Shown: positions 8,599 through 18,781 of the stretch, piece after piece | Position numbering within the stretch: the first letter of the stretch is position 1 | Layout of the letters: the number at the start of each line of letters is the position of its first letter | NCBI GenBank assembly: GCA_965204735.1 | Contig: OZ242008.1 | Span: 2,496,001 to 2,560,000, forward strand | Source: Longimicrobiales bacterium | Lineage (GTDB): Bacteria; Gemmatimonadota; Gemmatimonadetes; Longimicrobiales; Gaopeijiaceae | DNA length: 64,000 nt | Reading direction: 5' to 3' | Notes under the pieces: model-generated | The model's input: the letters and a program-made list of their open reading frames with translations, nothing else | Told to the model about the DNA's origin: nothing | The model's database searches: none | Translations under genes and position numbers: made by a program

Positions 8599-10662
8599 TC
8601 ACGCGGCCCGTCCCGTTGCTCCGGAAGGAGCCGACCGGGGCGCACGACGACGACCGCCAGGCGCCCGGACCCCGGAGTGCGCTCCGGCGGCGGGCCACAG
8701 CCCCACCAGCGTGCCGAACGCCACCACCACTCCCCCGAACCATATCCACGGGACCAGGGGCAGCACCTTGAACTCGAAGGAGGCTCGCTCGGTTCCGCTG
8801 CCGAAGTCCACCTCCCGCGGGATCACGTAGAGGTCTTCGAGCAGGCTGCTCCGGATGCCCACCTCGGTGGACGACTCCTCCATGACCGGATAGTAGCGGC
8901 GCTCGGGCCGCATCGCGGCGACGTGCTCGCCGTCCTTGCGCACCGTCAGCAGGGCGGTCCACCGCCAGTCGTTCTCGGGCACGTCGTCGCTGGCTCGGGG
9001 CCGAGAGTGGGAAAGGCTCTCGTAGGTCAGGCGGTACTCGTGGCCGAAGGCCGATCGGATCGCGGCCGTTTCGCCGGGCGCCATCTCGTGGACCTGGGCG
9101 ACGTCGAAGGCCGACCCCGCCACTCCCGTGAAGAGGATCACGACGCCGGCGTGGACCACGTATCCGCCCCAGCGCCGCCGGTTGCGCCGCACCAAGCCCC
9201 GCAACGCCCGCAGATGCCCCTCTCCGGCGATTCGCGCCCGAGCCCTGGTCCCCTTCCAAAACTCGGTGGCCACCGTGGTCATCACGAAGGCGGAGACGAC
9301 GAAGGTGGCCAGCGCGGTCCCGTGGCGAACGCCCGTCAGCCAGAGCACGGCCAGGACGGCGGCCGCGGCGGCGCACGGCAGGAGGAAGTTCTTGCGAAGG
9401 TTCCGTCGCGAGGCCCGCCGCCAGGCGATCACCGGGCCGATCCCCATGAGGGCCAGGAGGATCAGCCCGATGGGCAGGTTGACTCGGTTGTAGTACGGCG
9501 GACCCACGTTGATCTTCTGGCCGAAGACGCCTTCGGTGATCAGGGGGTAGAGGGTGCCCCACATCACCGCGAACGCGATCCCCACCAGCAGCAAGTTGTT
9601 GAAGAGGAACGCCGACTCCCGGGAGAGGAACGACTGGATGCGGCTCTCGCTGCCCAGGGAAGGCAGGCGGTGAACGATCAGCACGGCGCAGAAGGCGGCG
9701 GTCGCGCCCATGAAGCCGAGGAAGATGTAGGCGATCTTCAAGTTCTCGGCGAAGCTGTGGACGGACTCGATGAGCCCGGAGCGGGTCAGGAAGGTGGCGA
9801 AGATCGTCAGCAGGAAGGTGGCCGCCACCAGTCCCATGTTCCAGACCTTCAGCATTCCTCGGTTCTCTTGTATCTGGATCGAGTGAAGGAACGCGGTGGC
9901 CGTCAGCCAGGGGAGCAGCGAGGCGTTTTCGACGGGGTCCCAGAACCAGTAGCCGCCCCAGCCCAGCTCTTCGTACGCCCATCTCATGCCGAAGACGATC
10001 CCCAGCGTCAGGAAGAACCAGCTCAGCAGGATCCATCGGCGGGCGACGGCGATCCAGCGCGAGTCGAGGCGGTTGGCGAGGAGGGCGGAAACGGCGAAGG
10101 CGAAAGGAACGGCGAAGGCGGTGAACCCCAGGTAGAGCGTGGGCGGATGAATCGTCATCCAGTAGTTCTGGAGCTGGGGGTTGAGGCCTCGTCCGTTGGC
10201 GGGGGTGAAGTCCAGGCGCTCGAAGGGGTTCACGCCGGCAAAGAGAAGAACCACCAGCAGGAAGGAGAGGATCGCGAGAAGGACGCCGGCGGCGTAGGGC
10301 ATGAACTCGCGGTTGCGCGCCCGGTTCTGGAAGACGGCGATGCTCGTGAAGGCGGAGAGCAGAAGGGTCCAGAAGACCAGGGACCCGCGCTGTCCCGCCC
10401 AGAGGCCGGCGACCTTGAAGTAGGTGTCCAGCTCTCGGTTCGAGTAGTTGGCGACGTACCAGTACTCGTAGCGGCCGCCCACGAAGGCGGCGACGATGCC
10501 CAACGAAGCCAGCAGCAGCAGGAAGGTGACGGCGTAGGCGGTGCGCTCGCCGCTCAGCACCAGCTCGCTGCGCCCGGTCCTGCCCCCGGCGAAGGAAACC
10601 GCCGTCCCCCAGAGGGCGATGGGGAGCGCGGTCCACAGGGCGGTCTCGCCCAGGACCGTCAC
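8599..10662 (-). CDS. ccmF: Cytochrome c heme lyase CcmF
   Basis: WAGQRGSL, GLNPQLQN...IHPP, WAYEELGWGGYWFWDPVENASLLPW, TRSG...SVHSF. Confidence 0.95.
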   Translation of the reverse strand: MTVLGETALWTALPIALWGTAVSFAGGRTGRSELVLSGERTAYAVTFLLLLASLGIVAAFVGGRYEYWYVANYSNRELDTYFKVAGLWAGQRGSLVFWTLLLSAFTSIAVFQNRARNREFMPYAAGVLLAILSFLLVVLLFAGVNPFERLDFTPANGRGLNPQLQNYWMTIHPPTLYLGFTAFAVPFAFAVSALLANRLDSRWIAVARRWILLSWFFLTLGIVFGMRWAYEELGWGGYWFWDPVENASLLPWLTATAFLHSIQIQENRGMLKVWNMGLVAATFLLTIFATFLTRSGLIESVHSFAENLKIAYIFLGFMGATAAFCAVLIVHRLPSLGSESRIQSFLSRESAFLFNNLLLVGIAFAVMWGTLYPLITEGVFGQKINVGPPYYNRVNLPIGLILLALMGIGPVIAWRRASRRNLRKNFLLPCAAAAAVLAVLWLTGVRHGTALATFVVSAFVMTTVATEFWKGTRARARIAGEGHLRALRGLVRRNRRRWGGYVVHAGVVILFTGVAGSAFDVAQVHEMAPGETAAIRSAFGHEYRLTYESLSHSRPRASDDVPENDWRWTALLTVRKDGEHVAAMRPERRYYPVMEESSTEVGIRSSLLEDLYVIPREVDFGSGTERASFEFKVLPLVPWIWFGGVVVAFGTLVGLWPAAGAHSGVRAPGGRRRAPRSAPSGATGRAA

Positions 10663-11081
10663 GCAGCCAGCTCCTCCTTGGCGGCCTCGTAGCGGCTGCC
10701 GCACTTGGTCAGGACGGTGTGGGCCCGGAAGACGCCGTCGGCGCCGAAGCTGCCCTCGAGCACGACCTCGGCCCGGTCGTTGAAGGTGTCGGGCAGCACG
10801 TCCTCGTACCGCACCGAGAAGACCGTCTCGGGGTTCTCCAGGTCGGCCACGGCGAACTCGTGGACGCTGCCCGCTCCGGCCGGCCGGTCCCAGGAGCCCT
10901 CGACGACCCGGCCGCCGACCTTTACGCCGACTTGGCGGAAGGCGGGGTCGGCCTCGATGCGCGCCAGCAGCTCGGAGGGCGTCAGGTAATACACCATGCT
11001 GGCGCTGATCCCGGTCCACATCAGGTAGGCCACCACGGCCCCGACGCCGACGAGACCAACGAAGAAGCGTCCATTTCTCAT
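10659..11081 (-). CDS. ccmE: Heme chaperone CcmE, Cys-type (CxxxY)
   Basis: N-terminal anchor, VYYLTPSE, LPDTF, and LTKCGSRYE in place of AKHDENY. Confidence 0.9.
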   Translation of the reverse strand: MRNGRFFVGLVGVGAVVAYLMWTGISASMVYYLTPSELLARIEADPAFRQVGVKVGGRVVEGSWDRPAGAGSVHEFAVADLENPETVFSVRYEDVLPDTFNDRAEVVLEGSFGADGVFRAHTVLTKCGSRYEAAKEELAA

Positions 11082-11173
11082 CGCGGGTTGCCTCCTCCCG
11101 GCCCGAAAGAGCCGTTGCGGCGATTGGGGCCCGTTGCGGCCCCGGCGAGTGCCTTCAGAAGACAGGAGCGTTG

Positions 11174-12673
11174 CTAATCTACTCCCTCTCGGACCGTCGC
11201 CGCCAGGGCGCCCCGCACGGCGGCGTCCCAACCCTCCAGGAGCGCCGCCCGCTCCTTCGGCTCCATTGCCGGACGGAAGACGCGGCCGCCGGCGAAGGCG
11301 GCCCGGAACGCCTGCGGGGAAGACCACACGCCGGCGGCAAGACCCGCCAGGCCGGCCGCGCCCAGGGCGGTCGCCTCCACCATCGCCGGACGCTCGACGG
11401 GGACGCCCAGCACGCCTGCCGCGAACTCCATCAGCCAGTCGTTCCGCGCCGCCCCGCCGTCCACCTTGACCCGCTCGGCGCTCACTCCGGCGTCCCGGCG
11501 CATCGCCTCCACCACGTCGCGGGCGCCGTACGCCATCGACTCCAGCGCGGCGCGGACCAGGTGGGCCGCCGTGGTTCCCCGGGTGAGGCCGACAACGGCG
11601 CCCCGGGCGTCGGGAGACCAGTGGGGCGACCCCAGCCCGGCGAACGCCGGCACCATGTACACGCCGCCGTTGTCGTCGAGGGAGCGGGCGATCTCCTCGC
11701 TGCGGGCGGCGTCGTCCAGCAGCCCCAGGCCGTCCCGGAGCCACTGCACCGCCGCGCCCGCGGCCAGGATCGAGCCTTCCAAGGCGAAGGCGGGGCCTCC
11801 CCAGGCGTCGCAGGCGACGGTGACGAGAAGCCCGCCAGGGGAAGGAGGTCTGCGACGCCCCGCGTGGAAGAGGAGGAAGGCGCCCGTGCCGTAGGTGCAC
11901 TTCCCCTCTCCCGGCGCCCAGCAGCCCTGGCCCCACAGCGCGGCCTGCTGGTCACCGGCGACCCCGAGGACGGGGAGCTCGGCGCCCAGGGCGTCGCCCG
12001 TCGCGACGCCGAAGTCGCCGCAGCTGGGACGGATCTCCGGCAAGACCCGCCGGGGCACGCCCATCACGTCCAGCAGCTCGTCGCTCCAGCTCCCCTCGTC
12101 CAGGTCGTAGAGGAGGGTGCGGGAGGCGTTGGTGGGGTCGGTGGCGTGCACGGCGCCGCCGGTCAGGCGAGCCACCAGCCAAGCGTCGACGGTGCCGACC
12201 GCCAGCTCGCCCGCCTCGGCCCTCGCCGCCAGCTCCGGGCTGGCGTCGAAGAGCCAGCGCAGCTTGGTGCCGGAGAAGTACGGGTCCAGGAGGAGCCCCG
12301 TGCGCCTGCGGACCATCGGCTCGTGGCCCGCCTCCTTCATCGTCCGGCACATTTCCGCCGTGCGCCGGTCCTGCCACACGATCGCCCGGTGGAGGGGCTT
12401 CAGCGTCTCCGGGTCCCACGCCACCACCGTCTCCCGCTGGTTCGCGATCCCAACCGCCCGCACCGGGGTTCCCGCCGCCGCCAGCGCCCGCCGGGCCGTC
12501 TTCACGGCGACGCGCCAGATCTCCTCCGCGTCGTGCTCGACCCAGCCCGGGGCCGGGAAGCGCTGGGCGAACTCCGAGTAGGCGCGTCCCGTCACCCGCC
12601 CGTCGGCCGAGACGACGAGCGCCGTCGTGCCCGTCGTGCCCTGGTCCAGAGCCAGGACGGCTTCGGCGCTCAC
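11174..12673 (-). CDS. glpK: Glycerol kinase
   Basis: LDQGTTG, NQRET, WQDRRT, DPYFSGTK, GDQQAAL, KCTYGTG. Confidence 0.95.
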   Translation of the reverse strand: MSAEAVLALDQGTTGTTALVVSADGRVTGRAYSEFAQRFPAPGWVEHDAEEIWRVAVKTARRALAAAGTPVRAVGIANQRETVVAWDPETLKPLHRAIVWQDRRTAEMCRTMKEAGHEPMVRRRTGLLLDPYFSGTKLRWLFDASPELAARAEAGELAVGTVDAWLVARLTGGAVHATDPTNASRTLLYDLDEGSWSDELLDVMGVPRRVLPEIRPSCGDFGVATGDALGAELPVLGVAGDQQAALWGQGCWAPGEGKCTYGTGAFLLFHAGRRRPPSPGGLLVTVACDAWGGPAFALEGSILAAGAAVQWLRDGLGLLDDAARSEEIARSLDDNGGVYMVPAFAGLGSPHWSPDARGAVVGLTRGTTAAHLVRAALESMAYGARDVVEAMRRDAGVSAERVKVDGGAARNDWLMEFAAGVLGVPVERPAMVEATALGAAGLAGLAAGVWSSPQAFRAAFAGGRVFRPAMEPKERAALLEGWDAAVRGALAATVREGVD

Positions 12674-13365
12674 GGGACGCCGCGCAGCTCCCGGCGGCCG
12701 TCCGGTCGGCCCGCCGGCGCGCTGCTCGACGCCCCGCCGCCCGCCGACTCGATCCTGCCCGGCTTGTAGTCGAGTCCGAGCTCGGTCAGCAGCCCGACGA
12801 AGGCGACCACCGAGAAGCCGACCACGGCGCAGTAGTCGCCCTCCACGTGCTCCACCAGCGCCGACCCGATTCCCTGGATGCCGTAGGCCGCGGCCTTGTC
12901 CATCGGCTCGCCCGTCGCCACGTACTCCTCGGCCCACTCTCGGGAGACCGGCCGAAAGCGGACGCGGGCCGTGGCCACTCGCGACGCCAGCCTTCCCGTC
13001 CAGGCCAGCGCCATGCCGGTGTACACGACGTGCACGCGTCCCGAGAGCGCCGAGAGCATCTCGACCGCTTCCGCGTCCGACCGCGGCTTCTCCAGCACCT
13101 CGCCGTCGAGCTCCACCACCGTGTCGCCGCCGACGACGAGGCGCGCGGGGGCCGTCGAAGAGACTCGCTCCGCCTTCTCGCGCGCCAGCCGCTCCACGTA
13201 GCGCCTCGGGGGCTCGTCGGGGCGCCGCGCTTCCTCCACGTCCGCCGGCGCCGCAGCAAAGGCGAGGCCGAGCGTCCGCAGCGCCTCGGCCCGCCGGGGA
13301 GACGCGGACGCAAGCACGATCGCGGGCGGCCCGCCTTTGCCCGCGCCCGCCCCCGGGCAGCCCAC
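12670..13365 (-). CDS. maf: Maf-family nucleotide pyrophosphatase
   Basis: LASASPRR, GGDTVV, EKP, DKAAAYGIQG. Start estimated. Confidence 0.9.
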   Translation of the reverse strand: MGCPGAGAGKGGPPAIVLASASPRRAEALRTLGLAFAAAPADVEEARRPDEPPRRYVERLAREKAERVSSTAPARLVVGGDTVVELDGEVLEKPRSDAEAVEMLSALSGRVHVVYTGMALAWTGRLASRVATARVRFRPVSREWAEEYVATGEPMDKAAAYGIQGIGSALVEHVEGDYCAVVGFSVVAFVGLLTELGLDYKPGRIESAGGGASSSAPAGRPDGRRELRGVP

Positions 13366-13367
13366 GG

Positions 13368-13808
13368 CTAGCGCTCCACGAGAAGGGTCACGGGGCCGTC
13401 GGCGACCAGCGCCACCTCCATGGCGGCGCCGAAGCGGCCCGTCCGCACGGGCCGGGGGAGACGCCGTCCCAGGGCGGCCACGAACGACTCGTACAGCCGG
13501 GCGGCGACCTCGGGGGGCGCCGCCTTTGCGAACGAGGGCCGCCTCCCCTTGGTCGCGTCGCCGTACAAGGTGAACTGGCTGACCACGAGCACCTCGCCCC
13601 CCGCGTCCACCACGGAGCGGTTCATCCGTCCCCGCTCGTCCGAGAAGATCCGGAGACCCGCCAGCTTGTCGGCCATCCACCGGATCTTGACCTCGTCGTC
13701 GCCCGGCGCGAAGCCCGCCAGCGCAAGGAGTCCCGGCCCGATCTCGCCCACCACGTCCCCGGCCGCGGCCACCTTCGCCCGGGACACCCGCTGGACGACG
13801 ACCCTCAC
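13368..13808 (-). CDS. dtd: D-aminoacyl-tRNA deacylase
   Basis: VVQRV, SQFTL, KGRRPSF, DGPVT. Confidence 0.95.
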   Translation of the reverse strand: MRVVVQRVSRAKVAAAGDVVGEIGPGLLALAGFAPGDDEVKIRWMADKLAGLRIFSDERGRMNRSVVDAGGEVLVVSQFTLYGDATKGRRPSFAKAAPPEVAARLYESFVAALGRRLPRPVRTGRFGAAMEVALVADGPVTLLVER

Positions 13809-13851
13809 CGGGGACCGGCCGACGCCGACGGGCGGTCCCGCGTCCCCGCCC

Positions 13852-15690
13852 TCACTCGACCGTGACGGACTTGGCCAGGTTTCTCGGCTGGTCCACGTCG
13901 CAGCCCCGCATCACGGCGACGTGATACGCGAGCAGCTGCAGAGGCACGACCGTCAGCACGGGCATCAGCGCCGGCACGGTTCCGGGCACGATCACCACGT
14001 CGTCCGCCAGCTCGTGGATTTCGCCGTCCTGAACGGTCGCGACGGCGATCACTCGACCGTGACGGGCCTTGATCTCCTGGATGTTGGCCAGGGTCTTCCT
14101 GTACACCGGGTCCTGGGGCGCGAGCACCACCACCGGCATGTCCTCGTCCACCAGCGCGATCGGTCCGTGCTTCATCTCGGCGGCGGGGTAGCCTTCGGCG
14201 TGGATGTAGCTGACCTCCTTCAGCTTCAAGGCTCCCTCCAAGGCGACCGGGAACTGATACCCCCGTCCCAGGTAGAGGAAGTTCGGCGCCTCGCTGTAGC
14301 GGCGGGCGATCTCCCGCATCTGGCCGTCCACTTTCAGCGCTTCTTCCAGGAGCGTCGGCAAGCGGCTGAGGGCGTGGACCAGCTCTCGCCCCTCGAGGAT
14401 CGACATGGACCTCCGACGGGCCAAGTAGAGCGTGAAGAGCGCCTGGGCGACGACCTGGCTGGTGAAGGACTTGGTGGACGCGACCCCGATCTCGGGTCCC
14501 GCGTGCAGGTAGATGCCGAAGTCGGTGAGCGACGCGATGCTCGATCCCACCGTGTTGACGATCCCCATCGTCGGGCACCCCCGGCGCTTGGCCTCCTGCA
14601 GGGCGGCGATCGTGTCCGCCGTCTCTCCCGACTGGCTGATCCCGATCACCAGCGTCTTCCGGGAAAGGACGGGGTTTCGGTAGCGGAACTCGGAGGCGTA
14701 CTCGGCCGCAACCGGCACCCGGGCCAAGTCCTCCAGCATGTAGGCCCCCAGCAGCCCGGCGTGCCAGCTGGTGCCGCACGCGGTGACGACGATCCTGTCC
14801 ACCGCCGCCAAGTCCGCGTCGGGCACCGAGACGCCTCCCAGCTTGGACGACCCTTCCTCTTCCAGCAGCCGGCCCCGCATCACTTCCCGCAGCGACGAGG
14901 GCTGCTCCAGGATCTCCTTCTGCATGTAGTGCTCGCAGGCGCCCTTGTCGATCGCCTGGGCGTCCCACGCGACGACGTGAAGGTGACGCCTGACCGCGCG
15001 GCCCGCCGGGTCGAAGGTGCGGTACTCGCGCGGTCCCAGCACCGCCGAGTCTCCGTCCCTGAGTCGGATCACCTTCTTCGTGTGGGCGACGATGGCGGAG
15101 GCGTCGGAGGCGACCAGGTACTCGCCCCGGCGTCCGATCCCGAGCAGGATGGGACTCCCGTGGCGTCCGACGACAAGCTTGCCCGGGTCGCGGGAGCTGG
15201 CCACGGCGACCCCGTAGGTGCCCTCGACCTGGGAGAGGGCCGCGGCCACCGCGTCTTCCAGCAGGTCGGTTTCCCGAAAGGCGAAGTCCACCAGGTGAAC
15301 CAGCGCCTCGGTGTCGGTCTCGCTGCGGAACTCGTAGCCCAGCTCCTCCAGCCGGGGACGGTGGACCGCGGCGTTCTCGATGATCCCGTTGTGGACCAGC
15401 GCGATGTCGCCGGCCGAAGAGAGGTGGGGGTGGGCGTTGGCCTCGGTCGGCGGACCGTGGGTGGCCCAGCGGGTGTGGGCGATGCCGCAGCTTCCCGCCG
15501 GCATGCGTCCGTTCACGACCTGCTCGAGCTCCCGCAGCTTGCCGGGCCGCTTCCAGGTGACCAAGCCCTCGTCGGGCGTGAGGACCGACAGGCCTGCCGA
15601 GTCGTAGCCCCGGTACTCCAGGCACTTGAGCCCTTCCATGAGGATGGGTCCCGCCTCGCGGGGTCCGACGTATCCGATGATTCCGCACAT
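13852..15690 (-). CDS. glmS: Glutamine-fructose-6-phosphate transaminase
   Basis: MCGI N-terminus, HTRWATHG, SQSGET, C-terminal PRNLAKSVTVE. Confidence 0.97.
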   Translation of the reverse strand: MCGIIGYVGPREAGPILMEGLKCLEYRGYDSAGLSVLTPDEGLVTWKRPGKLRELEQVVNGRMPAGSCGIAHTRWATHGPPTEANAHPHLSSAGDIALVHNGIIENAAVHRPRLEELGYEFRSETDTEALVHLVDFAFRETDLLEDAVAAALSQVEGTYGVAVASSRDPGKLVVGRHGSPILLGIGRRGEYLVASDASAIVAHTKKVIRLRDGDSAVLGPREYRTFDPAGRAVRRHLHVVAWDAQAIDKGACEHYMQKEILEQPSSLREVMRGRLLEEEGSSKLGGVSVPDADLAAVDRIVVTACGTSWHAGLLGAYMLEDLARVPVAAEYASEFRYRNPVLSRKTLVIGISQSGETADTIAALQEAKRRGCPTMGIVNTVGSSIASLTDFGIYLHAGPEIGVASTKSFTSQVVAQALFTLYLARRRSMSILEGRELVHALSRLPTLLEEALKVDGQMREIARRYSEAPNFLYLGRGYQFPVALEGALKLKEVSYIHAEGYPAAEMKHGPIALVDEDMPVVVLAPQDPVYRKTLANIQEIKARHGRVIAVATVQDGEIHELADDVVIVPGTVPALMPVLTVVPLQLLAYHVAVMRGCDVDQPRNLAKSVTVE

Positions 15691-15700
15691 GGAGCTGAAG

Positions 15701-17212
15701 TTATCGCCCGGCGTCGGCGGACGGCTCGAGGGGACGGAGTTCGGCCAGCGCTTGGGCGGCCTGGTCCACCACTCGCCGAGCGGCGGCTTCGTCTCCGGCG
15801 TCCGCCGCCCCTGCCGGAGCTTCGGCGATGAGGCGCACCACTGGCTCGGTGCCCGACGGCCGGACGTGGAGCCAGCTGCGCGCCTCCGGCCACTCGATCC
15901 GGAGCCCGTCGCTCCGGTCCGTCCGGCCTTCGGGGAGACCCATCAGAAGGGCGTCGTACGCGGCGGGCAGGCTCTCCCTGCGGAAGCTCGTCTTCTCTTT
16001 GACGATTCGGTATGCGGGAAGCTGCGCGACGAGCGACGACGGAGTCCGACTCGCCGGCGCCGCAGCTGTCCCGGCTCCCGCCGGCTCTGCGGGCGCGAAG
16101 GGCGTCGCACCGCCTTCCGGCTCGCCGCCGTCCACCAGGCGCTGGAGGATCAACGCCGCCGCGGCCGCCGCGTCCCGGGTGTGGTGAAGCGCCGGCACGA
16201 TCACGCCTCCGTTGCCTTCCCCGCCCACCACGGCGCCTTCGGCGATCATCCGCGCCGCCACGTGTATCTCGCCCACCGGCGCCCGAACCACCGGACAGCC
16301 GTGGCGGGCGGCCGCGTCCTCCACCACCCGGCTGGTGGAGAGGTTCGCGACGACCGTCCCGGGGCGGCGGCGCAACACGACTTCGGCGGCCAGGGCCAGG
16401 GTCAGGTCCTCGCCCAGGGGGCGCCCCTCTTCGTCCACCAGCGACAGCCGATCCGCGTCCGGATCCACCGCGAAGCCCACCTGGGCGCCGGTCTCGCGGA
16501 CCAGCTCGCACAGCTCCCGCAGGTTCGCCGCGGTGGGTTCCGGGTCTCGGGGGAAACGGCCGTCGGGCGTCGCTCCGATCGCTTCCACCCGGCAGCCCAG
16601 CCGCTCCAGCAGCAGGGGCATGATCGCGTTGCCCGCGCCGTTCACGCAATCCAGGGCGACGGCGATCTTCGCGTCCCGGATCCGGTCGACGTCCAGGAAC
16701 GGAAGAGCCAGGATGCGCTCGAGGTGACGGGCGACCGCCCCGTCGTCGCGGTCGGCGTTGCGCAGCGCGTCCCAACGCGCCGGCGCCGGGTCGCGGGTGC
16801 GGAGGAACGTCATGAAGCGCTCCATGCGCTCCGGCGGCAAGAACGTTCCGGCCCCGACGGCGAGCTTGAGGGCGTTCCACTCGGCCGGGTTGTGGCTGGC
16901 CGTCACCACGATTCCCCCGGCGGCCCCGGCGTCCGCCACGGCCAGCAGCGCCGTCGGCGTCGGAACCACGCCCACTTCGGTGACCCGGCAGCCCGCCGAG
17001 AGGAGCCCCGCCACCACCGCCCGCTGGAGCATCGGCCCAGAGGTCCGAGTGTCGCGCCCCACCAGCACGGAGTCCCCGTCCCCCTCCTCCTGGAGAAAGC
17101 TGCCGTAGGCCGCCGCAAGGCCCGCGGCCAATCCGGGCCCGAGCGACTCCCCGACCTTCCCGCGGAAGCCGGAGACGCTGGCCATGAGGCCGGAGGGAAG
17201 GTGGACGGGCAT
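15701..17212 (-). CDS. glmM: Phosphoglucosamine mutase (alpha-D-phosphohexomutase family)
   Basis: TASHNP, DPDADR, GEGNGG, RPSGTEP; directly upstream of glmS. Confidence 0.85.
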   Translation of the reverse strand: MPVHLPSGLMASVSGFRGKVGESLGPGLAAGLAAAYGSFLQEEGDGDSVLVGRDTRTSGPMLQRAVVAGLLSAGCRVTEVGVVPTPTALLAVADAGAAGGIVVTASHNPAEWNALKLAVGAGTFLPPERMERFMTFLRTRDPAPARWDALRNADRDDGAVARHLERILALPFLDVDRIRDAKIAVALDCVNGAGNAIMPLLLERLGCRVEAIGATPDGRFPRDPEPTAANLRELCELVRETGAQVGFAVDPDADRLSLVDEEGRPLGEDLTLALAAEVVLRRRPGTVVANLSTSRVVEDAAARHGCPVVRAPVGEIHVAARMIAEGAVVGGEGNGGVIVPALHHTRDAAAAAALILQRLVDGGEPEGGATPFAPAEPAGAGTAAAPASRTPSSLVAQLPAYRIVKEKTSFRRESLPAAYDALLMGLPEGRTDRSDGLRIEWPEARSWLHVRPSGTEPVVRLIAEAPAGAADAGDEAAARRVVDQAAQALAELRPLEPSADAGR

Positions 17213-17491
17213 GGGAGAAGCTAGCCGGGCGGGCGCCCGGCGGTCAAAGCTCGCGCAGCCGCGCCGACCGTCGCGCAAGCCGGGACAACGCCGCGGGCGC
17301 CGGGATCGGCGTCCAGAGCAGGTCGGCGGTCGATTGCGAGGATGGGCAACGCCGGGGGCGCCGGGATCGGCTAGATTGGAGGGCGGTCGGCCGCGACCGG
17401 CCGCCGGCGGTCGCCGCTCGCCGCGGTCGGCCGCCAGCTGGTTCGCCGTGGTCGGCCGCCACGTCTTCCTCCCGATGGAGCCGTTTCCGTC

Positions 17492-18694
17492 TTGACCCCC
17501 ACCGCCCCCTGCACTGGCTCCGAGGACCCGGTTCCGGCAGGCCGCGGCGCCGCCGACGCCTCGCGCTTCGCCACCCGTTGCGTCCACGCCGGCCAGGCGC
17601 CGGAGCCGACGACCGGCGCCATCACGACCCCGGTCTTCCAGACGTCCACCTACGTGCAGGAAGGCCTGGGCCGCCACCGGGGGTACGAGTACGCCCGCCT
17701 CCAGAACCCGACCCGGGAAGCGGCCGAGGCCAACATCGCGTCCCTCGAGGGCGCCGCCCACGGGATCGCCTTCTCCAGCGGGCTGGCGGCGTTCGAGTGC
17801 CTGGCGAAGACGGTCGCCGCCGGCGGCCACGTGGTCAGCGAGGAGAACACCTACGGAGGCACCACGCGGATGCTCACGCAGGTGCTCGCCCGCCTGGGCA
17901 TGGACGTCTCGCTCGTGGACTGCCGCGACCTGAACGCCGTGCGGACCGCTCTCCGCCCCGACACGCGGCTGGTGCTGGCCGAGACCCCGTCGAACCCCCT
18001 CATGCGGATCGCGGACGTCGCCGCCGTGGCCGAGACTGCGCATGGGGGCGGCGCCCTTCTCTGCGTGGACAACACGTTCGCGTCGCCCTTCAACCAGCGC
18101 CCTCTGGCCCTGGGCGCGGACGTGGTCGTCCACTCCACGACCAAGTACCTCAACGGCCACTCGGACGTGCTGGGCGGCATCCTCGTCCTCGACGACGACG
18201 CATTGGCCGACGAGCTGCGCTTCGTCCGCAAGTCCACCGGGCCCGTCCCCGGTCCCATGGACTCGTGGCTGACCTTGCGGGGCACGAAGACCCTGCACCT
18301 CCGCATGGAGCGCCACAACGAGAACGGCATGGCCGTCGCCCGCTTCCTGGAGGAGGCGCCGGCCGTGCGGGCCGTCCACTACCCCGGCTTGCCGTCCCAC
18401 CCGCAGCACGCCCTTGCCAGGCGCCAGATGAGCGGCTATTCGGGCATGCTGTCGGCCGACCTGGCGCCCGACGCGGCGAAGCGGCTGGTGGAGGGCACCC
18501 GCCTCTTCCGCTTGGCGGAAAGCCTGGGCGGCGTCGAGTCGATGATCTCGGTGCCCGCCGTCATGACGCACGCTTCGGTGCCCGAGGAAAGGCGGCGACG
18601 GATGGGAATCGGGAACGGCTTGGTGCGCTTCTCCGTAGGAATCGAGGACGCGAGGGACTTGCTGCGCGACTTGGAGCGGGCGCTGGACCCCTGA
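17492..18694 (+). CDS. Cystathionine gamma-synthase/gamma-lyase family PLP enzyme
   Basis: YEYAR..NPT, ETPSNP, DNTFASP, HSTTKYLNGHSDV, ESLGGVES. Confidence 0.9.
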   Translation: MTPTAPCTGSEDPVPAGRGAADASRFATRCVHAGQAPEPTTGAITTPVFQTSTYVQEGLGRHRGYEYARLQNPTREAAEANIASLEGAAHGIAFSSGLAAFECLAKTVAAGGHVVSEENTYGGTTRMLTQVLARLGMDVSLVDCRDLNAVRTALRPDTRLVLAETPSNPLMRIADVAAVAETAHGGGALLCVDNTFASPFNQRPLALGADVVVHSTTKYLNGHSDVLGGILVLDDDALADELRFVRKSTGPVPGPMDSWLTLRGTKTLHLRMERHNENGMAVARFLEEAPAVRAVHYPGLPSHPQHALARRQMSGYSGMLSADLAPDAAKRLVEGTRLFRLAESLGGVESMISVPAVMTHASVPEERRRRMGIGNGLVRFSVGIEDARDLLRDLERALDP

Positions 18695-18781
18695 CGGGGA
18701 ACCGAACGGAGCCGAGCCGGCCCGGGCGCCGGGACCCACGCGGCCGCTGTCGGCAAGCGGCCCCCAACGACAAGGACGACG

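Noticed and set aside
17215..17490. SAM riboswitch upstream of the trans-sulfuration gene
   Set aside because: No recognisable SAM-I/II core; only GC-rich ggtcggccgc repeats.
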